The translations under genes and the position numbers were made by a program. A stretch of 64,000 nucleotides of DNA from Patescibacteria group bacterium (GTDB lineage Bacteria; Patescibacteriota; Patescibacteriia; UBA10025; JAHIVO01), in NCBI GenBank assembly GCA_028718605.1, contig JAQULM010000001.1:413719-477718 (forward strand), read 5' to 3'. How positions within the stretch are numbered: the stretch's first letter is position 1; each line of letters opens with the position of its first letter. The notes below the pieces were generated by a model, which was given only the letters and a program-made list of their open reading frames with translations, searched no databases and was not told the origin of the DNA. Shown here piece after piece: positions 39,201 to 48,500 of this stretch.

Positions 39201-39503
39201 AATAAGTATCTTGCCGAGGAGGGACGCAACCCAGAATAAAATCCAGCCGACTGTTTCAGCGATTAATTCAGTGGCCCATGAAATTGCTTCTGCATGCACA
39301 GGCCGCGCAATAACAAAACAACCGCCGATTAAAACAGTTAGCAGGACTGTACCGAGTAGCACCGTCCTTGCTCGCGGCCGGTACTTCCAGAGTTCGCGTA
39401 TGTATTGTGTGATATGTATCAGCATTGAAATGTTTGTATCAAAGTGAAGCGGCAGCGCCGTATTCCCGAGTACTGCCGTCCGGGGGAAGCACCCCTCCTG
39501 CAC
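33255..39503 (-). CDS. Giant (2082 aa) protein: N-terminal VirB6/TrbL-like polytopic membrane domain plus a long charged/coiled extramembrane region
   Basis: At least 8 hydrophobic helices in the first ~400 aa with VirB6-like spacing; the remainder is E/K/A/Q-rich with long coiled-coil-like stretches; the C-terminal tail is acidic and Ala/Pro-rich. Confidence 0.55.
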   Translation of the reverse strand: MQEGCFPRTAVLGNTALPLHFDTNISMLIHITQYIRELWKYRPRARTVLLGTVLLTVLIGGCFVIARPVHAEAISWATELIAETVGWILFWVASLLGKILIVLIDILISIIQYNNFTSSPVIDKGWSVVRDACNMFFVLVLLVIAFGTVLRLENYKFNRLLAKLVIMAILVNFSKMIAGFFIDISQVVMLTFVNAFADTSYKDFTTVLKLDNLLSVTSDAKQTTALGFAEMVAVPLFANIVIIAGIMTMVALIVVVLMRIIMLWILVVLSPLAYLLATLPIGARYSSQWWSTFGKWATTGPVLAFFIWLALAVLPNSGDSSALGVTTDATGQVLASGQLTAVQAAIAPVSRSDQLLGFMLAIAMFLMALSTAGALGGMAGQLAGNFANKIKGWGSIPLKAAGAPLLGLRKAAGYGVGRVTGYVGRKVRESDKTWLNMATPEFWKGFAQRGKRLEERAKQRALGKGEYFGEVLFKGKKGALNRKELAERAIIEKLKSEFKQEMGSAGESRQAMMDLAFKTFNMGGFEGDEARQAFLELATSKGNDDDVFFGFGELYRKDEGVRAQLNDHYGKLGWKPEEVEGMFKEYNADSIKNFNAGFVGLNKKFVKGERDEETGEVIRSSREVGKAANDADQRRLRAMAGIAESAKNVGHWEQYSATKDMATGQYYMMDDEEQRGEIIGEAKKMGLRDFLRTLSPHVLRQRVWSADRDEEGNFIEDAENGEQIKGLMMKDADGKEVEDTRLYRHSYKADVYAPKEGSFEHEMYTKLMSGQHKPEMRQMQSRHADQHVGQFFDTPGNLVTDEEEAFARGFRPYTNNKGEQKTAAQALQEEWMKMQDYNQPISRAFYNIKYNGRVDAPPKGDKYPGDPGFIRKARAEADDYLQGELLDRVNYDDVTAAAELNGADITKPRNQKAMLGVLEDLHEAQYAARMHIPGDAMIPHEMVQELADKTGKKVDWDPKEWKDGVSDDEKQELTSNMGRVDEALRSTRLSNEQRAKLEQYRRSLTGQMNERKGEWTGKNGASKDDAHQLESQLMGFSEDELKGSLKKKMEGGLVAADGTKLPPEKLEAIVDDLVVKGRRDTVTRSRIVPFDDFVRDENVGPLPRMREEVSAETLSRSHAEYNKYKESGLSAADYDTMYEDEITAGEMVDSDELERRAEAGAQADVKKMRGLKSAVASGKSAKRQGKNASNATMLGLDFSDPAVREQFGIVEGQIAARFDSDTEAHKEEKGQMAEKLATALEQQLRSEGVGDDEIADQVGNLKKTLGANDKIVLADNNAWESRIQSIRGHELRGHDLAKNFVNLETGTMNEVGEEFYKTLSEEQQQLVDRIGMMEFAAESLGVGEGKYQLGSDSKQFLQDKKLDFFEKGVKGAAPEPESADEFIDKDFADEAVSDRELAMVGMVARGKYVAGRGVEVAGDAARKVKSTAVNVKNKVKQKVPELWEASHLDDVVEYGIVRPAKLVGRAPKAVAQGVSSAVHGTREWWQKRKYGKRVKKVNDLIDNYSEQFAENDVAGKRDQKHAAKAHYEEEVRKRDGMRHQEKQAKVQIAENNEKARDATRRAGGLTGAARQQALDEASKHQLDAFKGQQGLKRLQGDIDRQNAEVEKAQQARSQADLAYAAAVEDDIATMGQLRQTFEKIAGKLSPDELEEFKTMATEGLEASNLGAITSATFAGGIQQHNEPAIAPHEQKLAGQQAELATLQEQRIPLQHAVDDIPPTQANSLRAAKLQGALEEHDEKIEAKEAEIIETQQTIGEIQSTGDAFGSDAKRYQAEARAQAELKNAVNKRAGAKPAPAAPTPTPTPAPTTPRPQAGKAKDETLETAAPRTKPPTAEEIIGAQQQVIAAAESQLAEAVANLKEKAGLSGDVDADGILKNATVRATLEQGGHSDSVKGIEALAQSIADERTVLEDLKSGTPVAGPVLGSEQVQQNVESLGAIGDELRVAIEQTAGAAKDLPAVMEAIQKGLGDLVTTMQERMKALGESMNPDQKKASEDLTKIVESMRQGMLPGGPQGGVLGTYDPRLMLYRLEELTRAMRDAKTRRASEVVDDARRASTAQKTQPTPRKASAESEESSGEQPAAE

Positions 39504-39528
39504 TTACTACCCTCGCCGACAGCAGCGC

Positions 39529-42500
39529 CTACTGCGTCACGGTAATCGTAACACCGGTGCTCGTTAATCCATCACGGCCACCCTCGAAATCGCAATCATC
39601 AAGGTCTACATTGAACCGGCAATCGCCGAATCCCGGGCAACTCTCGCCCGAATCTTTAAGCACGCCGCACCAGTCCCAATTGTCCACGACCTTGATTTTC
39701 GGAATATGCGGTCCGGGGATGCGGTACTGGTGAGACAGCGAGATCGTCCCGGATTCGTACCGGCCGGTCGTCACGTAGTGCGGTGTTCCGTCGTCCCAGT
39801 CAACTTCGACGAACGTGATCGGCGACTGCTCCGGATCAGCACTGATGGAGAACGTGAACTGGACAACGCCGCCGCCGGGTATCGTAATGCTGTCAGTCTC
39901 CTCGAGCGAACCGCCGGCACCGACGAGGATGGTATGGATAATCGGCGGCACGCCGCAGTAGTCAACGTCCAATCCCTGCACGTACTCTGGCCGTACCGCC
40001 TTGCCCTGCGCAGTGCTGTATGGGCACACTGCCATGGTGTTGTACGCGGTGTTCCACGTGTTAATAAATCCGCTATTTTCTGCGTACGACATACTGCCCG
40101 CAGGCGCAGTGCACGCCCCATAATCATCAGTACGGCACGACCCAAATGTTGTTGACTGGCACGTACCGTAGGTATCCACGACAGCGCATGAGCCCCAGTT
40201 GCGCTCATTTTCGCACGTCGCGGTGGCACCAGCGCACGTCTCGCCTCCTGGACAGTCAGTGTCGACATGGCATTCAACTGATGTCGTAACGCTGCAGCTG
40301 CCGTTCTTGCAGTCCGTATCCGCCTGGCACAGCACTGTGCTGTCATGGCTGCATACACCGACACCCGTACATTCCACATTATCGGAACAGCCAATCCGTG
40401 TCGCTTCGCACGTCCCTCCGGGGCAATCCGCAGCAATACGGCACCGAGCGCCATCATTCGCGCCGGCGCGGCACAAACCGGTATTGCACACTGCCGGGGC
40501 ACCGCCGCAATCAGCGGTAACCTGGCAATACGCGCTGCTGTTTGAACACACACCGAGCGCTGTTGAGCATCCGTACACGCGGCAATCAAAGTCTGATGTC
40601 ACGCAATTCCCCGCGGGCCAAATAAAGCTCCGGCAATCCGCGTTCACCGTACATACGTGTCCAGTCCGAGGGCCTGAATTGTTATCACAACGGTTAAAGC
40701 ACTCCTGCAGGGCGTTGTCAGCGCACGCGAGGTGCTGGCAGTCAGCTGCGCCAGCGCACGCCATCGTATGGTTGGTCTGGCACGTGCCGCCGGTACAGGT
40801 ATATCCGCCGGGAATGGGTGTGCAAGTGCTGTCAGGACAATCAGCGTTGGTCGCGCATGACAGGCTCGCATTATCTCCCGCAGCGCACGTACCACCGCAC
40901 GGCTCGCCGTCTTCTGCACCACCATAACAGGTACCGATCGCACCGCACCGGCGGAATTCGCACGTCGAGTCATCGCCCGCCGTGCACCGGATCAGGTCAG
41001 TGAAATTGGACCGGTCGCATGTTGCAATATCCCACGTCCAGGCATTAAACGCGTTCGCGAACAGGCGCTTCGAATACCGTATCGCTTCCGCATAATTCGT
41101 ATCGGGTGTGGGCGTCGCTGTTTTCATACCATACGTACCGCCGTCCATGATGCATGGGCCGTAGTTCCTCCCGCCGTACGAGCAATCGGCATCGATCGCA
41201 CAGTACGCCTCGGCGTTCCCCGAGCAGAACCCGACACCAATGCCGACGCAGTACCCGTCATCGTCCGTGCCAACCGTGCCGTCGTCACCCTCATGGCAAT
41301 TCACCTCGTCAAGCCGGGTCGCGCAGTCGTTGGCCCATCTCCATGAGCACTGCCTGCCGCCGACGCACTTGCCGCCGCCAGTGGTGCACGCAGTAACCGC
41401 TGCAGCTGAATCACACCAGTTGCCCGTGTTATTCGTACAGTATTTAATATGCTGCCCCAATAGCCCATTAGCCACCGTATTATACGGGGAACTGTACGGC
41501 GTGCCAGCATGCGCGAAACTCGCGTCGCTCCGGGATTCAACGTACAGGGGGCCCGTGTGGGTGGCGTAATCCCATGCCGTCGGATCGCCTGCCGGCGCGA
41601 CAACCGTGCCAAACGGCGCGAACTGCTGGGTGTACTTGTACAGCAGCGCCGGCACCTGGAACGCGGATCCTTCACTGACGCGAGCAGTCCATGCGCGGTC
41701 ATTGTCATCATCGGCGACCTGGGCAAGGACCGAGCATGACTCGCGCAGCTGGAAGATTGGCAAATAGTGCGCACCGCCGCCATTGTTGCCGTCGTGCATG
41801 CTCGTCCTGAAATGGGTAATCTGCCCGGCATCATTGAATATGACTGCGAAATCAATATAATTGCCACTGCACGTCCACCGTTCGCCCCAGCAATTCGTTG
41901 CCCCGCCACAGGGGCCGCCGCCCGCGTCTTCTTCATTGAGCGTCATGAAATAATGGTTGTCGCCGTCACCGACACCGTAGTGGCCGCATTCCCAGTCGCC
42001 GTGCGACCAGTGCACCATGAGCACGTCGATGCGCTCGATTTCATATTTATAATACCGGTCTTCGGGATGGGCTGTAATCAAGTTATTGTATCCTCGCGTG
42101 CACTGCTCATCGTCGTCGCAGTCGCAGGACATGCAGAAGCCGTTGCGCCACCCACCATCCCACGCGCACGAGTACGCGGCGCCGCCCATATTGCCCGCTT
42201 CGTCGCACTCGCTCGTGCCGTCTTGGTCAATAAAGTTTGTCGTCATCGGCGCGCGGTATTTGAACGGCTTGCCGATCAGCGGAGACTCCTCAAATGTAAT
42301 CCGGCACCCGCCGCCATGGCCGGTCGAGCCCTTACCGTTACTTACCTGCCGTGTCGCCTGGAACGTGTCGACCAGGCCAAAACTCACCGACTTCGGCTTA
42401 TTATAGTTGCCCTCCTGCTCCAGGCACATGTACAGCGGCCGGCGGCCGTCATACCCGGCAGTACGGAGGTTAGAAAATATATTCGTATCGCCCATAAGGA

Positions 42501-45500
42501 GGTCGGCAGGCCACCAGTTCAGGCAGTACGCCGGATTCAGCGGATCGCGCTCCAGGCAGTACCCTTCCCATCCGCGGTACTCGATGCCGTTCTCGTCCGT
42601 GTACGCGCAGTACGGCGCTGACGCATTCGGGTACAGCCGGCACGACCGCGGTATGAGCGACCCGTCCTCCTTGTACTTGAGGGCTGGCTCGATTGAGATA
42701 TCGTCGACAAAGAATTCCACGCCCGGTACGGTCACGATATTGCACGTGTCGCCGACGGGGCAGTCCGCGTCAACGTTGCAGGGGACGTTCGGATTCGCAT
42801 TGCACATCTGCGGCTCGTCGTGGAAATGGATGATATTGAGCAGTGCGTCGTTCCAGCCGGTTACCTCGGCGCCGCCGATGGGATCCCACCCTGCCTCGAT
42901 AGGCCCGAGCGTGAACTGCTGCCAGTCCTGCGTAAGCTCCACGTCCTCGATCGCGCTCCAGCCGATCTCGTTCCCGCGCGCATCGAGATACCCGAATTCA
43001 ACACGAATTTTGTCATACACCGTCGGTAGTGTTGCCCACCGCAGTTTCAGCGAAACCACGTACTGGTCGCCGTCGATAAGGTTGCCAGTGCCGATATCGT
43101 AGGACAAGCCATTCCACTGCGCGGTGCCGATTGTGCCGTCGTTATTCGTATCGTTGCCGGTATACCCGCTCGTTTTAACGCGCGCGACATTATTCTCATC
43201 GAGATTGCTGTTCTGCGACGGAACGCCCCCGTTATTCACGTCTTCTTCGGTCCACTTGACCGTCGCGACGCCATCAAACCAGTTCCGTGGCTGCCACGCC
43301 GAATCAAGCTCGCTGAGATCAATCTCGTCAACGGTTGGCCCTGCATCAGGGCTGCCGCCATAATCACTCGATGTAGTACAGCTCGCGGTGGCGCCGCCAG
43401 TCAGTTCACATGAGAGCTTCTGATTTGCTTCGTAATCTCCGTCGCCAAAATCGCCATTTTTTGCCAGATCCGTTCCGCTCGTCACGGATCCGGCTTCTTC
43501 CATCGCCGGATACAGGAGCGCACCCTCGACAATCTGCGGATCAGAGCATGTGCCTCCGGCACCGCATTGCGCGTCGCTCGTGCAGATAATATCTTTATTG
43601 TTCTTGCATCGGCGTTGCCAGTCGAGTCCCGCCATGACCATGCCAGAATAATTATGCACTTTCTCGGCGAACGCAGGGGACGTAAACGTTTGATCAACTT
43701 CCTCGTAATCAACAACGCCTGTGCAGACGCCTGTCGCCTCATCCATCTTGTCACAAATAAACCGGGACGTGCATAGTTCCTGGACATTGCCGTTTTTATC
43801 TTCTTCGCGTACCGTTGTTTCGCACGCAAGCCATTTTCCGCACTCGCGGTCTGGCCGCACCTTCACGACTGAATTAGAATCGCATGTCGTCGGATCATCA
43901 ACACACGTTGCGGGCTCCTCGCCGTCGACTGAAGCAGATGAGCTGTACGGCAAATCGCTACGCGACATGTCCTCAAACAAGCGGCATCCCGCATCGCGGC
44001 TGACAAGGCCATTGCATGACGATGAATCAATCGTATCGCTTAAATAATAGTACGATGCATAGTCTGCTTCTGCGCTGACCTGCTCTACCTGCACCTGATC
44101 AAGAATAACATCGCACACGGGGGTTGAAGCGGCAACTCCTGGCCTGCGGAATACGACCGAGAACCTGTTCTGGAGCTCCTCGAGAGTTGTGCCCCCGGAC
44201 GGATTCCACTCATGTTCCACGCCGTCGCCATCAATGAATGGGGTCGATGGTATTGATATAACATATTCATACTTTTGCCAACTGTCGGTGGTATGGAAAA
44301 ATGCGCCTGGCAGGTACTGCACGCCGTTTGGCAGCACCTGGTCAACCGTCCGGACAGCACCAACGCTGACCCCGTCATACGTCGGATCTGCCAGCACTGT
44401 ACAGCGTGGGTCATTAGGATTGCGTTTTGCCCAGAAAGAAATTCGGAACGTCTTATTATCCGTCAGGCTTCCCGTATCTATCCCGCGCCATTGGTAGTGG
44501 GCAGCATCATTCCATGGTGCGTTCGTGCAGTTCTGATACGACCTGAAGATCGCCGCTACCGCTCCGTCATGAGCATCGGACGTAGCGATCAAACGGTCAC
44601 CGCATGGCTGCCGCGCTTCACCGGGTCCTGGCAAGTCGCACGTGGAAGCTGCTCTATTGCAGGTAGTGCCGCCCGCCTCGCACGTGCCTGGGCACGCAGC
44701 GCCTGCGCACGTAACGCAATCATTATTGTCATCACAGTACGTCGCGCCGCCGCCGCACCCGGATGTATAATCAGTATCGCATCGTCCGCAGTCGATGTTG
44801 GAATTGCATGCATACCCCGCCTGCGGGCCGCCTGCCGTACACAATCCGAGTTTGGTAGACTGGTTCCCCCAGTCGAGGAATTCATCAGGTACGTAGCAAT
44901 CGAGGTCAACGGCACATGGGTACCCGCTCTGCTGGCACCTTCCTGCGTTGCACGTGTCGTTGTCGATGATCGCGTCAGTTACAATGCCCGCATCGGCGAC
45001 ACTATCAATGCTCTCAAAGCTGCCGTTTGTCAGAAAATTTTGGGACAACACTTCAGCATTGTCAGCTATGCCCTCTGGATCACGGTACTCCGTGCAGCCA
45101 GACACGGATTCTTCGCACGATCCCACCCAGCCATCAACGGGTTTTGGGGTGATGCGGTCATCTTTCAGGCAGTTGCCGCTGTCGCAGTCGTCCGAGGAAT
45201 TGCACAGCGCACCTTCATTTGCTCCGCCGTTGTAGCACGTGCCGATCGACACCGGGCAATCCGGGGTAGCGCTTGCTGATCCGTTCTTGAACCATCCTCC
45301 TTTATCTTTTTGGTATGAGCATGTCTTTTTCCCGGGTTCCTTGAAATACATCTGGGAGCCGCTCCCCGTCGTGTACTCTTCGCATCCGTTCTCGTTGTAC
45401 AGGCACATCTCGGTAGCGTATGCATCGGGATCATTTATCATATATGAATCGCCATACGCACTAACGCTGCCGTCCGCATTCGTCAGAGGAAGCCCCATGC

Positions 45501-48500
45501 GCTCGCAACCCTTACTGCCGGCACCGCACGCTTTATCTGAATCATAGACGTAGTACCCTACGGTATCCTGGCTAATGCTGGGATTAATGTCATAGTGGAG
45601 CGATGACGGCTCGGGTCCGCCCCCAATGTAACTCTGGAAGTTATTTCTATCAGTGGCATCAACTGATCCATTTTCATCGAAATCGCCGACCAAGAGAGGT
45701 ACTGGCGCATAGCTCGTTCCGCTCGATAAATACCTATTCAGTATGTCAATATCATACCGGTTAATACGGCCATCGTCATTCAGATCGCCGCGCAGGTAAC
45801 GCGCGGTTGTATATGACATGCTCTCATACATTTCCGTGTTGTACGTATCGATGAATATATCACATCCAACTTTTGACTTATCGCACAAGCGACGGAATGA
45901 TTTCAGGTAATGCACCGTACCGGCACTGTCAGAATAAGCATCGCATCCTTCCCATCCCGAACAGTCTTGGTACGAATCCTTGATAAGGTACACGCTGTCA
46001 TATACCTCGGTAATTTCAATATTATCGACATAGAACGCACTGTCACCATATATCACGAGCTGGTTCGCGCTGATATCAGCGCTCTCCGGCAAGTAGAGCG
46101 GGCCTAGTACGAACTGGTTCCATTCGCCAGTTTTTGCTACGGCTTTGCCCGAAAATACCATCGCAGGCGTCGAATTAATGGCGACGGTCACCGGCACATC
46201 GGAGCCCGAGACGGCTGATTTTACCCAGAGTGAAACTGAATACTGCTGTCCGCCTGGGAGGGTAATCTGCGAACCGACGTTACTGATCGCGGCGCTGTTC
46301 GTTACTGCCATCGAATGCCCGTTCAGGTTGAGAGACTCATTGCTGTAGCTCGCATCGCCGGACCATAGGTCGATTGATCCGGACTCAAAATCTTCACGGT
46401 ATACCTGGCGGGTATTGTCGCCCGCGTTGCCTTTATATGCGCGGCAGCCCGCATTCGATGCAGTGCACTGCACGCCCTGGTTAGGGATAATATGGTAAAT
46501 CGATCCGCGGCAATCTTCATCGTTGATGGCGCCGTCGCTATTCGCATCAACACACGCGAGCCCTGAATTTGTGCAAATGCCGTCAGCGCACGATGCGGTG
46601 CTGTCAACGGAATTCTTATACGATTTACAATCGTCAGAGACATAGATCAGGCGCGTCCGCAAGCGGTAATATACATTGCCGAGCGAATCGAAGAATTCCG
46701 TGCAATCAGGATTATCTGCCATGTCCGCTGCCGTGCAGACCTGCTGGGGATAATCCGCCGTACCATCCCCGTCGACATCAAGATTATCGATGCACGCTGG
46801 CCAGTCCTCGCCCAACGCTACGAGTGCGGGATCATTTTCTGCACCGACGTTCGTGCACGGACCATTGTCAAGATTGCTCTTCTTCAGATTGTACCGACGC
46901 AGCTGGTACCCAAATTCATCAGACCCCTCCCATGTGTAGTATGCGCCCGTATCCGGATCCGACGTCTCTACGCACACTTTTATCTTGCTGTAATACTCCT
47001 TCCCTTCGCCGCCCGCGGCGACATCTTCAAGATTCGTATATTCTTCGCATCCGACAGCAGATGCGGGGCACGACATGCCAGTAGTCGAAACGAACGAAAC
47101 GGGATCGCGCACTGGCCGCAGCGGCATCCGATCAATCTCGAGCTCCCGGTATGCCTGGCAACCGACGAATTCAGCAGAGCACTGATCGCAGGAAAACGGA
47201 TCCGCAGCGTTGCACAGCCCCGGCGGGGAAATGATCCCGGTAATCTTCCTGCCGGTCGTCTTCGATGTAAATTCCTCACATCCGACTTCTGTTTCCTGGC
47301 ACTGTAGCGTATAACTCGCGCACAAAGGATCATCAGTCACGGCATTGCCCGTGCAATTCAGATACGATGGAGGTTTCTTGAAATATGTCTTCGTCGATTC
47401 TTCGTACTCTTTGTATGGGGTAAGGGTATTCTCCTCCATCTGGAAATCATCAATGATGACGTCACATTGATCGGTCAACGGCCGCACGATTGAAGCGAGA
47501 ATAAGCGGTTCCCCTGCCGCTACCCGAAAAGTTATTTTCGGAAATGTAATCGTCCCCGTATACCGTGTCCACTGCCCAGAAGTGGCTACGTTCATGACAT
47601 TGGTAAACATGCCACCCCCAATAACTGCATCCGGCTGGCGGTATGCCCATACGCTCAAGCTTCCAGTATCCGATGTGCAATCAGCATCATCAGCCGCCTG
47701 TTTCGCATAGAGCGAGAAAGTAAACGTACGCTCGTTTGTTGATGCGCCGACATCAGCAATTTGTGCGGTATATGTACCGTCCTCAAATGGGGTACCGGTC
47801 CAATCCGGATTACCCGGACAGGGTGGCAGCATACTCGTCCGCAATGCCGTTGAGCCGCTGTAGCTGTCCGACACGGCGGGCGACTGTAAACCACAGAATG
47901 AACTTAAAATTGGCCAGTATGTAAAAAGTTCAGAAGCCGCATCGTCCTTAACAGCCAGCGGATTCTGCTCATACGATTCAAAACTGCTGTTCAGGAGAAG
48001 GTTCGCTCCGTCTCCTTTTACGCGGATAAACTCACTGCACCCATCCGCTGATACATTACACGTCCTCGCATTCGCATTCAGGCTGATAACCGGATCGGTA
48101 GCGTCATTGGGCTTCAGGCCGTCGCATGCCCACGATTTTGCCGTCGAGTTATACTCACGGCAATACCACTGGCACCCGACAGTATCGATCGAGCAACTAT
48201 TGGTATTCACGGTGTCGGTAAGGTATGACACCATATCGCCGCTCCTGCGTGTCAGCAGCGTGCAGCTTGTTTCCCACGGTTTGCACTCCGTAGCGTCAAA
48301 GCGCCATACGGCTTTTTCTTCCATGCAGTACCCCCATACAGAGCACGATCCTTTCTCGTCTTCCTTGAGGCACTGTTTCTCATCCGCGCAGTAGTCTTCT
48401 TGGCGCTGGATGAGAGTCGAAGCGGCATCTGCCGTATCAACCTTTTCGTCGCGATTCGTATCCTCCGCGCGGATGGCCGTCTGGTAGGTAACCTGCGGAC

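Noticed and set aside
39706-47333. Numerous 60-330-aa ORFs on both strands inside the giant 3589-aa gene (e.g. 39771..40589, 40199..40927, 41767..42621, 44275..45279)
   Set aside because: They are embedded in, or antisense to, a single uninterrupted 10.8-kb reading frame that has a signal peptide and coherent repeats. Their translations are Arg/Ala/Pro-rich low-complexity sequence typical of off-frame GC-rich DNA.
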